The notes under the pieces were generated by a model that did no database searches, was not told where the DNA came from, and saw only the letters and a list, made by a program, of their open reading frames with translations. A stretch of 63,312 bases of DNA from Patescibacteria group bacterium (lineage in GTDB: Bacteria; Patescibacteriota; Minisyncoccia; Moranbacterales; DUUL01). Below, piece after piece: positions 1 through 8,275 of the stretch (its first letter is position 1; the number at the start of each line of letters is the position of its first letter). A program made the translations under genes and the position numbers. The DNA lies in NCBI GenBank assembly GCA_034660175.1, contig JAYEIQ010000018.1, positions 1 to 63,312 of the forward strand. The letters are read 5' to 3'.

Positions 1-1121
1 GAAGAGATCGAAACCCTCGTTCTTGCCATTGTTTTGTTCTCTTTGTCTCCTTCGTCGATGTTAACTTGGTCATCGTCAAGTCTCTTTCTTTGGCTGTGAG
101 GAATGTCAAAGTCTTTTTTGTCTTTGACCACACAGTAATCAATGTCAACGTCCTCCAGATCATGAGACGATCTGTTCTCCACTCTTGCTTGGGTGTGAAG
201 ATCAAAGCTCTGGCCCGGGCTCAGGTTAATGTCGACTCTTTCATGCCAAGAGCCGGTGTTGTATGGTCTGATGTGGTGATGGGTTATGTGGACATCATCC
301 CCATCGGCGTTGGGATTGGAATTGCTGGCATCATCGCCTCCTCCGGATGGATATGTGAAGGAAGAACCGGCATCAATACTGGCGCCAAGGACTTGGATAC
401 CGCCATCATCCGACAGATCTAACTGCGAAGAGTCAGGATCACCAAATGAACCAGCGTACCAAAGAAAAATATTTCTTTTGATATGTTCATCTGCCTCATC
501 TGCATATTCTTGCATTTTGTTTAAAGCAATTTGTCTTTTGACTAACTCAACACCAGAATAAGTAGCGATATAAGCAGGGAAAAACGAGATTGAAACCCCA
601 ACATAAGCACCTGCAACAATAACCCCTTCCGCTATCATTACTTTGATCTCGTCTTCTGGAATCATAGCACCGCTAATCGCATTTTCTATTTCCTTTTCAG
701 CCATGCTATACATAACACCTAGCCTAAACTCATTACTTATGCACAAGTTTATGATATTGCCATTGATTTGCGCAAAAAATGCAGGCCCGTTCACTATAAC
801 ACCAGACTCGTTGATACTCTCAGAAAGAGCATCTCGAAGATACCCTGGTCCACCAAAAAAGATATATTCTTTTTCGTCTCCAAAGCCCACAAATACATGG
901 TCTGAGTCGAGCTGTTCCCATCTCCTGACATCAAAATTCAGTGAAGCATTGTCACAAGTGCCATCAGCTTTCATTTCAAAACCAGTAAGAGAAGGATGAT
1001 TTCCAGAATAAGAAGTTGAGACACTGAGAATAGTTGCAGAGGCCCAACAATCTGTTGCCAGAAAGGTAAGGACAACCAACATCACCAAAGCAAAACATTT
1101 CCTTCGTTTCTTGAATTGCAT
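1..1121 (-). CDS. Exported hypothetical protein with its C-terminus cut by the window edge (373 codons visible); not in the supplied ORF track
   Basis: Hand translation of the minus strand from the ATG (complement 1119-1121) to position 3 found no stop in any of 373 codons. GGAGG (complement 1129-1133) lies 7 nt upstream. The N-terminus MQFKKRRKCFALVMLVVLTFLATDCWASA is signal-peptide-like. There is an internal hydrophobic stretch, IAEGVIVAGAYVGVSISFFPAYIA. The distal part is acidic and Gly/His-rich (HITHHHIRPY). Line 181-240 counts 31/60 G+C. Plus-strand ORFs 66-422, 286-561 and 643-999 are its shadows. No family recognised. Confidence 0.65.
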   Translation of the reverse strand, partial: MQFKKRRKCFALVMLVVLTFLATDCWASATILSVSTSYSGNHPSLTGFEMKADGTCDNASLNFDVRRWEQLDSDHVFVGFGDEKEYIFFGGPGYLRDALSESINESGVIVNGPAFFAQINGNIINLCISNEFRLGVMYSMAEKEIENAISGAMIPEDEIKVMIAEGVIVAGAYVGVSISFFPAYIATYSGVELVKRQIALNKMQEYADEADEHIKRNIFLWYAGSFGDPDSSQLDLSDDGGIQVLGASIDAGSSFTYPSGGGDDASNSNPNADGDDVHITHHHIRPYNTGSWHERVDINLSPGQSFDLHTQARVENRSSHDLEDVDIDYCVVKDKKDFDIPHSQRKRLDDDQVNIDEGDKENKTMARTRVSIS

Positions 1122-1309
1122 TTGCAATCCTCCTTTTGTTCATTTCTGTCGTTGTCAATGTTATTCATTTACGCCAAATTTAACTGCCTTTGCATCACCT
1201 CCTTTGACTGCTTCATTTACTTAGATTGTCAAAAAACAAAAACTGAATATGGAATGATTCCAAATCCATAAAAAGGCTCGAAAAGTCAAACTTTTTTATG
1301 AATCAATGA

Positions 1310-1996
1310 TCAGTCCAAAAACTGAAAGGTATCAGCTATGCTTTTAGCTACATTTAAACAAAAGTCACCACTTTGGCTACATGTTGTAGATATGTTTTTT
1401 CCATTGTGGTTGCTTTCTATGCTAACATTGTTGGTAAAATCATCCTTTTTGCTAATTTTTCCATATAAATATCCTTCCTCATTTCCAACATCAATTAAGT
1501 GCAACATTGAACCATCTCTTTTTAATTGCAAAAGAGTTTTCCTAAAATCTTTAGTGGTATTTCCGAAAAATCCAAATGGTTCAGATTTTGCTGTTTTATA
1601 ACTAATCACTATGTAACCATACCCACTTTTCATCCTCTCTTCCTCGCTCATTCCTTTCCCTTTTTCATCAAAACAAGTTAATGCTTCAATTTCAAATTTT
1701 TCTGCACGACGTTTTAATTCTCCGCCTACTTCGTTGTAATCAATCTTTTCACAAATCCAATTTTGCGGAATATTCATTTTAAATCCCATTTTCTCATTCT
1801 TGTAAGTATTCCAATCACGTATATCAGCATTCTTATACATTTCGGTTTCATTAAAATCACCATCAAACAAATCTTGAACTTCCTTAAATTGGTCAATTGT
1901 GATTTCATTTCGGTTTCTTTGCATACCAAAAGCAACCACACCTGCCAGTGCGATGAAGACGAGAACAGAAATAATCGTGAGAAGTTTTTTGTTCAT
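1310..1996 (-). CDS. N-terminally membrane-anchored hypothetical protein (WxTYxN motif family), paralog 1
   Basis: ORF 1310-2047, with the likely start at the internal ATG at 1996 (MNKKLLTIISVLVFIALAGVVAF is a TM anchor). The motif DWNTYKNEKMGFKMNIPQNW parallels DWKTYRNDYYGYQISYPKDW in the gene at 2443-3147. Confidence 0.7.
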   Translation of the reverse strand: MNKKLLTIISVLVFIALAGVVAFGMQRNRNEITIDQFKEVQDLFDGDFNETEMYKNADIRDWNTYKNEKMGFKMNIPQNWICEKIDYNEVGGELKRRAEKFEIEALTCFDEKGKGMSEEERMKSGYGYIVISYKTAKSEPFGFFGNTTKDFRKTLLQLKRDGSMLHLIDVGNEEGYLYGKISKKDDFTNNVSIESNHNGKNISTTCSQSGDFCLNVAKSIADTFQFLD

Positions 1997-2085
1997 GAAA
2001 CATAGATCAATTGTTATCTCAATCAAATGTACTCCGAATTTGGACAAAAATCAAGAAAGTGTACACCCAGGTGTACACTTTCACT

Positions 2086-2274
2086 CTACTGTAACAAGTC
2101 TATTCTATGAATATTTTTCAACAAGAAAAAAGCAGGGATATACCATTGAGTACTACTAAATTGATTTTCTGCCCAACTGACAGCGTCGTTAACATTTCTT
2201 TCAGTAAAAGCATTGTCAATAGTGACAAGCACAAGAACAACAGCAAAAAACATTGCGATTTTTACTTTTTTCAT
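2086..2274 (-). CDS. Small signal-peptide protein (62 aa), hypothetical
   Basis: GGAGG (complement 2281-2285) lies 6 nt upstream of the ATG. The N-terminus MKKVKIAMFFAVVLVLVTIDNAF is hydrophobic. No family recognised. Confidence 0.45.
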   Translation of the reverse strand: MKKVKIAMFFAVVLVLVTIDNAFTERNVNDAVSWAENQFSSTQWYIPAFFLLKNIHRIDLLQ

Positions 2275-2442
2275 TTCTAACCTCCTTTTCGGTTAATGTC
2301 TGTGTCGGATTTCCAGTTGTCTTTATTTAGTTTTCAACGAACTTTTTCACCTCCTTTCTATTTAATTTTAAAAGTTCTTGTTTTGAAGAAATGATCTTCT
2401 TCTTTGGAGAGATTTCCAAGCGAAATCTCTCTTGAAAAAATA

Positions 2443-3147
2443 CTATTTTTCCAGTTTTTTGATTAACCTCAATGAATCAATAATTTCTTTTTTTATCTTC
2501 ATTGTTTTTCTTTCTTTGGTCTTATCTTTAACGCTTATTGAATACCAACTTTCACCTTTCTCAAAATATATGTCGTCATTAATAAAGCTATAGTCACATC
2601 GTACTTCACCATCATAAATATAACAGGAAGATTGTTTGTTGTATTCTAAGGATTCTCTTATTTCTCCCTCCTTAAGAGCAAAGACACCATGAAAAGCCTT
2701 CGATACTGTTATTGAGAGCTCACCTTTTTCAGCTTTATTTTTTACTATGATCGTGTCCATTGGTTGACCTGTGCGTATGTTCACAGAGTCAGGACAAGTT
2801 CCATACTGTTTATGTTCCCTGACTTGTTGCAGATCGCAATCTTTTGTAATGTGTAAAATCATGGTATCAGATCTTGGAATCTTGAATAGTCCAACATCTC
2901 TATCATCTTCCACGGAAACATCCCAATCCTTTGGATAACTTATCTGATAACCATAGTAATCATTCCGATAAGTTTTCCAATCTGAAGTATCAATTTTTTC
3001 TGTTTCATTTTTTTCTTGCCTTTCTTCAAAAACTCTTATCAGCTCTTCATTTTTTGCTTTTTCTTCCTTTACATACCAGCCTAACACGAACAATCCCAAA
3101 ATGATTGGAATAAGCAATATTTTTTTGTTGAATTTGATGTTTTTCAT
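2443..3147 (-). CDS. N-terminally membrane-anchored hypothetical protein (WxTYxN motif family), paralog 2
   Basis: 234-aa ORF with TM anchor KKILLIPIILGLFVLGWYV, followed by DTSDWKTYRNDYYGYQISYPKDWDV. It has the same architecture as 1310-1996. Confidence 0.75.
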   Translation of the reverse strand: MKNIKFNKKILLIPIILGLFVLGWYVKEEKAKNEELIRVFEERQEKNETEKIDTSDWKTYRNDYYGYQISYPKDWDVSVEDDRDVGLFKIPRSDTMILHITKDCDLQQVREHKQYGTCPDSVNIRTGQPMDTIIVKNKAEKGELSITVSKAFHGVFALKEGEIRESLEYNKQSSCYIYDGEVRCDYSFINDDIYFEKGESWYSISVKDKTKERKTMKIKKEIIDSLRLIKKLEK

Positions 3148-3568
3148 GGAATTTCTTTAAATTCTATTTCAATTCAATATATTATGGATTTGTGCAAAAA
3201 TCAAGATTGACATTTCTTAAATCCACTCAATTCTACACTTCATTTCAAACACTTTCTAGAGATAATATAGCATTAATCCTTTTGCTTTTTATGGAAATAA
3301 TTTCAAAATTCTCAACAGCATTTTCCAACAGAAAAGTTCTAGAATTGACCGGTCGTCCCCGCAAAGCATTGGAGACTTACTTTAGCCTCTTTTTCATCCC
3401 AATCCGGATATTCGGTTTTTTCTCAAATAAAACTTTCATCTTCCAACTAATGCTTCAACCTTCTCTAACTGCTCATTAATTTTCTCATAGTCTCCCATGA
3501 GATTTTCAACGATCTTTAACTCAAAAACTCGAAGTGTGTCTCTGACTCCCAGCATTATATATAAAAAC

Positions 3569-3591
3569 AACACTTATGAAGTGTTTTTTTG
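3569..3591. terminator. Bidirectional intrinsic-terminator-like hairpin
   Basis: AACACTT-atg-AAGTGTT forms a 7-bp perfect stem. It is preceded by ATAAAAAC and followed by TTTTTTT, so it reads as a terminator in either direction. Confidence 0.5.
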
Positions 3592-3603
3592 TTGGTTAAT
3601 TGT

Positions 3604-3712
3604 GGAGGGGGATTTGAAAGTTGGACTGAGCAAAGCGAAGGAGTCGGGGTCGCGAGCGTTTGTGAAAAACGAAGTTTCATGAGCAAGCGACTTGTGACCG
3701 AATCCCCCCTCT
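3604..3712. ncRNA. Candidate structured RNA of unknown class (GC-rich island closed by a long terminal stem)
   Basis: GGAGGGGGATT (3604-3614) pairs with AATCCCCC(C)TCT (3701-3712), giving 11 bp with one bulged C. Internal complementary pairs are AGTCG/CGACT and GGTCGC/GTGACC. The direct repeat GAGCAA(A)GCGA occurs twice. The element is much more GC-rich than its flanks and has no credible ORF. It lies between the terminator at 3569-3591 and the tandem palindrome at 3737-3760. Strand is undetermined. Confidence 0.35.
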
Positions 3713-3736
3713 CTAAATAGTATTGATCTTTTGTCA

Positions 3737-3760
3737 TAGTCGCGACTATAGTCGCGACTA
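3737..3760. repeat. Two tandem copies of the 12-nt perfect palindrome TAGTCGCGACTA
   Basis: The sequence reads TAGTCGCGACTA TAGTCGCGACTA. The second copy contains the stop codon (complement 3758-3760) of the gene at 3758-4126. Confidence 0.9.
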
Positions 3761-4126
3761 AATCTGAAACTGACTAACTGTTTGATAAATTCTTGTCAAT
3801 TCTGCTTTTACTTCTTCACTTTCATAATCTGCTCTGTGAGCTTTTTGACCTTCGTAGCGAGTTTTCGATTGATCTAAATGAAGATCAAAGACGACTTCTT
3901 GTTCTGACTCGGAAGTGTATAGATGAAAACGAGGGTAGTGGTCAGCTGTGAGTTTCCTAACGAAGCTGTCTTTTCCAGTTTTGCGGTCTGAAATCTGAAA
4001 ATAACCGCATTTTTTTGTTATAAATCCAATATTTTGATTGAATTTGTTAGGGAGTCTGAATTTCATATGGAGAGCAAAAATTTTTAAATTGATGCATATT
4101 AGACATTGATAGCACGATTGTAGCAT
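3758..4126 (-). CDS. Hypothetical protein (122 aa, or 102 aa if the start is the ATG at 4066)
   Basis: ORF with plausible composition (HYPRFHLY, HLDQSKTRYEGQKAHRADY). Neither candidate start has a clear SD. Family not recognised. Confidence 0.5.
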   Translation of the reverse strand: MLQSCYQCLICINLKIFALHMKFRLPNKFNQNIGFITKKCGYFQISDRKTGKDSFVRKLTADHYPRFHLYTSESEQEVVFDLHLDQSKTRYEGQKAHRADYESEEVKAELTRIYQTVSQFQI

Positions 4127-4195
4127 GTTAAAATTGGTTTGTGTAGAAAGTTCTGCAGGACTTTGATTTTTGTCTTTTTAAGGATGACTACAAAA

Positions 4196-5041
4196 ATGAG
4201 AAAATTTATTCTTTTGATTTTGTTTGTTGGTTGTGTTTATTACATTATCGATTATTTTGATATTCATGTTCAAGAATTTGATTCTGTATTGTTGGAGCAA
4301 ATCAATGAAAGAAAAAATGAGGCAGGATCAATTCGCAATGAAGAAATTTGGGAACAAAGGGAAAGTGTTTTTGAGGGAACAGCAAGTGACATTGTTGTGT
4401 TGGTTAACTTAGCAAGGAAGGATGCGGGTGTTAGTGATTTGAAAACGAACACTCAGTTGATGGAATCTGCAATGTTGAAAGCAGAGGACATGAAAGAAAA
4501 AGATTACTTCGATCATATGACACCAGAGGGATTGGATATGAGCTATTTTGTTAATGTTTCTGGTTATAACTTTTCAATAATTGGTGAGAATCTGGCAGAG
4601 GGATATTTTTCCGCTCAAAGTGTTCACGATGCTTTGATGAAAAGTCCTGGCCACAAAGAAAATGTCTTGTCTGCTGACTATGAAGATATTGGAATTGCTG
4701 TTGTTGAGATTGAGAGAGAAGGCAATGTGAGTTTTTTGTCGGTTCAACACTTCGGAACAAAATTAAAAGAAATCACGAAACAGCCAACTCAAGAAGTTAC
4801 TGTTTGTGACAAGAAAATAAAAAAGAATTGTAAAAATGCAAAAGAAAATAGAGAGGAAGTAAAGGATATAATTGAGAAACAAGAAGATATTATTGATGAC
4901 GCCAAGGAAAAAGGTTTTCCTGAAAAGGTTTTGCGCGAGTTGGACGAAGATCTTGAAAAATTAGAAGAAATCAAAGATGACTTAAAGGTATATTTGAAAG
5001 ATTGCGAAAAGATGTTTGATTATTGTGACGAATGGGATTAG
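4196..5041 (+). CDS. Membrane-anchored CAP/SCP (YkwD-like) domain protein with a Lys/Glu-rich C-terminal tail
   Basis: TM anchor MRKFILLILFVGCVYYIIDYF. The CAP-like core reads LVNLARKDAGVSDLKTNTQLMESAMLKAEDM...GENLAEGY...ALMKSPGHKENVL...IGIAVV. The start is chosen at the ATG at 4196, with AAGGA 11 nt upstream. The ORF itself opens at 4139. Confidence 0.75.
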   Translation: MRKFILLILFVGCVYYIIDYFDIHVQEFDSVLLEQINERKNEAGSIRNEEIWEQRESVFEGTASDIVVLVNLARKDAGVSDLKTNTQLMESAMLKAEDMKEKDYFDHMTPEGLDMSYFVNVSGYNFSIIGENLAEGYFSAQSVHDALMKSPGHKENVLSADYEDIGIAVVEIEREGNVSFLSVQHFGTKLKEITKQPTQEVTVCDKKIKKNCKNAKENREEVKDIIEKQEDIIDDAKEKGFPEKVLRELDEDLEKLEEIKDDLKVYLKDCEKMFDYCDEWD

Positions 5042-5057
5042 AATGGTTGTTTGCTGG

Positions 5058-5086
5058 TTGTCAATACTGATTTTTGTCAGTATACT
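5058..5086 (+). promoter_or_regulatory. Sigma-70-like promoter candidate upstream of the response regulator
   Basis: TTGTCA (5058-5063), a 17-nt spacer, then TATACT (5081-5086). Confidence 0.4.
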
Positions 5087-5146
5087 TAAGAAGGAATCGC
5101 AGTGAGGCGAGTGTCTTGTTGTATATCATAAGAAATAAACAAAATA

Positions 5147-5530
5147 ATGAATAATATATTGATAGTTGAAGATGATAAGATGCTTGTTGAAATTTATCAT
5201 AAGAAATTTTCTTCTGATGGATATCAGGTTGATACGGCTGGAAGTGGAGTGGAAGCGATTAAAAAAATTATAAAAAACAAACCAGATTTGGTCCTTTTGG
5301 ATCTTGTAATGCCAGAAGAGGATGGTTTTGAAGTTCTCAGGAGAGTTAAGAACAATGCAAAATCAAAAGATGTGAGAATCATTGTTTTTTCAAATCTTTC
5401 ACAAGAAGAAGACAAAGAAAAGGCAACAGCTCTTGGTGCGGAAGGGTTTATTACAAAATCAGATTTCACTCCACAGGAAATTGTTGAAAAAGTTCATGAG
5501 ATTTTGAAAATCGACAAGAGTGAAAATTAG
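5147..5530 (+). CDS. Stand-alone response regulator receiver domain (CheY-like)
   Basis: ILIVEDD...DLVLLDLVMPEEDGFEVL...IIVFSNL...GAEGFITK. The phospho-acceptor Asp context (LLDLVMP) is present and there is no output domain. Confidence 0.9.
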   Translation: MNNILIVEDDKMLVEIYHKKFSSDGYQVDTAGSGVEAIKKIIKNKPDLVLLDLVMPEEDGFEVLRRVKNNAKSKDVRIIVFSNLSQEEDKEKATALGAEGFITKSDFTPQEIVEKVHEILKIDKSEN

Positions 5531-5583
5531 CAAGAATTTAAAATGAGATTTTTAGGAGAAACTTAAATTTAACGAACAAAACA

Positions 5584-6903
5584 ATGCAAAGGATGCTTAT
5601 TGATGAAACCCCAGAGAAGATTGGTGAAAAAGTGAGACTTAAAGGATGGGTGACAATACAACGCGATCATGGAAAAGTGATATTTATCGATTTGCGTGAC
5701 AGGTCTTCTGTCATCCAGCTTGTGATCACAAAAGACAATGCTGATGCTTTTGAGAAAGCAAAAAAGAGTTGTAGTGAAAGTGCCATAGAAGTTATCGGAA
5801 CAGTGAAGGAAAGACCAAAAAACTTGGTCAACGAAAAAATTTCAACGGGTGGTGTTGAAGTTGAAGTTGAGTCGTTAAAAATCTTGTCAGTAGCAGTTGA
5901 ACTACCTCTCGAAGTTTCAAAGGCGGAGTTGGATTTGAATTTGCAGACTTTGCTTGAGAGAAGAAACTTGGCTCTCAGAAACGAAAAGATTAAATCTATA
6001 TTTTTTGTTTCGGCAAGTGTTTTAGACGGTTATAGGAATGCCATGAAAGAAAAACAGTTCACCGAGATCAAGACTCCGAAAATTCTTTCTGCTGCAACTG
6101 AAGGAGGTGCGAATTTTTTCAAGATTGACTACTTTGATTCAGAAGCTTTTTTAGCTCAAAGCCCGCAGTTTTATAAACAAATGGGTGTTGGAGTGTTTGA
6201 GAGAGTTTTTGAAGTTGGTCCAGTATTTCGTGCGGAACCTCATTTCACATCAAGACACGTCAATGAATATATATCACTTGATGCCGAAATGGGATTTATT
6301 GATAGTTATGAGCAAATTATGGATGAGTTGGAGGGTGTAATTTGGAAGATAATGGAAAACGTTAAAAAGCAAAGAAGTGATGTCTTGAAGAAATATAATG
6401 CAAGTGTTCCGGAAAAAATGGAGATTCCGAGAATGAAACTTTCAGATGCTCTTGAAATACTTGAAAAAGAGTTTGGGAAGAAATCAGAGGCATTTGACAT
6501 TGATCCCGAAGGAGAGAGACTTATTTGTGAGTACGTGAAGAAAGAAAAAGGAAGTGACTTGATTTTTCTTACACACTACCCAACTTCTATTCGTCCAATG
6601 TATACAATGCCAAACGAAGAAGACAAGGAATTGACTAATAGTTTCGATCTCTTGTTTCGAGGTGTTGAGATTGCAACGGGAGGACAGAGAATTCACAGTT
6701 ATGAACAGCTTAAAAAAAGTATTTCGGATCGTGGTATTGACCCGGATCAATTCAAATATTATTTGGAGATTTTTCAATATGGAATGCCACCTCATGGTGG
6801 TTGGGGGATGGGATCTGAACGTGTTGTTCAAAAAATCTTGGGATTAAAGTCTATCAAGGAAGCGGTGCTCTATCCACGGGATGTAAAAAGGCTTATTCCA
6901 TAG
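5584..6903 (+). CDS. aspS: Aspartate--tRNA ligase, archaeal/eukaryal-type class IIb (possibly non-discriminating)
   Basis: N-terminal OB fold (VRLKGWV...GKVIFIDLRD), QSPQFYKQ, FRAEPHFTSRHVNEYISLDAEMGF, GGQRIH, and HGGWGMGSERV...YPRDVKRLIP. The 439-aa length fits the short AspRS type. Confidence 0.88.
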   Translation: MQRMLIDETPEKIGEKVRLKGWVTIQRDHGKVIFIDLRDRSSVIQLVITKDNADAFEKAKKSCSESAIEVIGTVKERPKNLVNEKISTGGVEVEVESLKILSVAVELPLEVSKAELDLNLQTLLERRNLALRNEKIKSIFFVSASVLDGYRNAMKEKQFTEIKTPKILSAATEGGANFFKIDYFDSEAFLAQSPQFYKQMGVGVFERVFEVGPVFRAEPHFTSRHVNEYISLDAEMGFIDSYEQIMDELEGVIWKIMENVKKQRSDVLKKYNASVPEKMEIPRMKLSDALEILEKEFGKKSEAFDIDPEGERLICEYVKKEKGSDLIFLTHYPTSIRPMYTMPNEEDKELTNSFDLLFRGVEIATGGQRIHSYEQLKKSISDRGIDPDQFKYYLEIFQYGMPPHGGWGMGSERVVQKILGLKSIKEAVLYPRDVKRLIP

Positions 6904-6926
6904 AAGTCCCAGCAGTCAAACAAAAA

Positions 6927-8096
6927 ATGAAAAAAAATACAAAAAGCTATCCTTTCAGGAAGCTGCATCTTTTGTATGCAGTTAGTTTTTTGATGGGATT
7001 TCAAATGGCGTTGGGACTCTATGTTCTTTCTAGTTTTCTCAAAGAGTGCTCTGGTATTGACAATGTGGGAATTTTTTATGTGATTGGATATATTGCCTCG
7101 TTCTATGTTCTGATCAATATGCATTACTTGATCAAAAAACATGGAAAGTCGACAATATTTTTGATTTTTTTGTCAATAAAAATTGCAGCCTTGTTTGGAA
7201 TGGGTTTGTTTTTTAATTCACCTTTTGCTCTAGTTTTTTCTGTTTGGTCAATCATGAGTGGTGCTTTGGTTTGGGTTGTTTTGGACATTTTGATCGAAAG
7301 TTATTCGAGGGACAAGGTTACTGGCTCAATTCGGGGAGTGTGCCTGACAGTGATGAATACCGGTGTTTTGGTTGCTCCATTTCTTGCTTCGTGGATAGTT
7401 GAAAAAATGGGATATCAGACAATTTTCTTTTTGTCAGCAAATGTGACAGCTGTAGCCACAGTTATAGTTTTGATATTTTTCAGAAAAGTCAATCATAATA
7501 TCAGGAAGACAAAGAAGATATCTGAAATTTTTGCAATAATGAAACGAAGAAAAAGTTTGGGAAGAATATATTATGTTTCATTCTTGCTAGATTTGTTCTA
7601 TGCTGCATCAACTGTTTATGTGCCATTGTACATGCTTCAACTTGGCATCTCTTGGGTTCAAATTGGAACAATTTTTACAGTTATGTTGGTTCCATTCGTA
7701 TTTTTGCAATATCCACTGGGTATTTTGGCTGACAAAAAAACTGGAGAAAAAGAGTGGCTTTTGGTGGCAATCGTCTTGATATCTATTTTCACTGGTGCAA
7801 TAAGCTTTATAGAAAGTGGGGAGGTTATTGTCTGGATGGGTGTGCTTTTTGTGACTCGAATTGGCGCTGCAATTATTGAAGTGATGAAAGAGTCTTATTT
7901 CTACAAACAAATTGGTCCATCAGACGTTGATTTGATTGATTTTTTCAGGACAACAACGTCCGTTGCTTATGTGATCGGACTTGGATTTTTCAGTATTGTT
8001 TTATTTCTTATACCAATTCAAGGTATTTTCATTTTGCTGGCGTTGATCCTTTCGACAGGACTTATTCCTCTTTGGAAACTCAAAGACACCCACTAA
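6927..8096 (+). CDS. MFS-type transporter
   Basis: 389 aa with about 12 hydrophobic segments in a two-halves arrangement and a basic central loop (RKVNHNIRKTKK). Confidence 0.7.
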   Translation: MKKNTKSYPFRKLHLLYAVSFLMGFQMALGLYVLSSFLKECSGIDNVGIFYVIGYIASFYVLINMHYLIKKHGKSTIFLIFLSIKIAALFGMGLFFNSPFALVFSVWSIMSGALVWVVLDILIESYSRDKVTGSIRGVCLTVMNTGVLVAPFLASWIVEKMGYQTIFFLSANVTAVATVIVLIFFRKVNHNIRKTKKISEIFAIMKRRKSLGRIYYVSFLLDLFYAASTVYVPLYMLQLGISWVQIGTIFTVMLVPFVFLQYPLGILADKKTGEKEWLLVAIVLISIFTGAISFIESGEVIVWMGVLFVTRIGAAIIEVMKESYFYKQIGPSDVDLIDFFRTTTSVAYVIGLGFFSIVLFLIPIQGIFILLALILSTGLIPLWKLKDTH

Positions 8097-8275
8097 TTTT
8101 TAAAAACGAAGGCGCTAAAAAGCTTTTTCTGGGGCTTTTTTTATTGCTGATCTGTTTTCATGTTTCTTTCTTTGGGCTTTATTATTTTAAATAAAAATGC
8201 TATCATAGTTGGAGAATAAGCACATCCGCAAAGATGTGTCCTTGGGTTTTTGGTATAAAATGTTAAATTAACAGT

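Noticed and set aside
66-999. Plus-strand ORFs 66-422, 286-561 and 643-999 from the ORF track
   Set aside because: They lie entirely inside the 373-codon minus-strand ORF, which has a proper SD, ATG and signal peptide. Their translations are low-complexity and unlike real proteins. I treat them as antisense shadows.
3377-3555. A possible decayed toxin-antitoxin pair on the minus strand: a 39-codon ORF (complement 3436-3555) overlapping by ATGA a 20-codon ORF (complement 3377-3439), with YoeB-like fragments in other frames
   Set aside because: The ATGA overlap and a loose MKVLFEKK...EYPDWDEKE / ...ALRGRPVNSRTFLLE...FEIISIK resemblance to YoeB/Txe are suggestive. At least two frameshifts are required, and the similarity is too weak to support by eye. 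Plus-strand ORF 3192-3479 is likewise not credible.
3604-3712. The GC-rich element as a tRNA, 5S rRNA, SRP RNA or tmRNA fragment
   Set aside because: CGAATCCCCCC superficially resembles the 3' side of a T-arm, but there is no complementary 5' T-stem, no D-arm and no anticodon arm. The conserved 5S (CCGAAC...GAAGUGAAAC) and SRP (GGAA tetraloop, AGCA) signatures are absent. At 109 nt the element is also too short for tmRNA or RNase P RNA.
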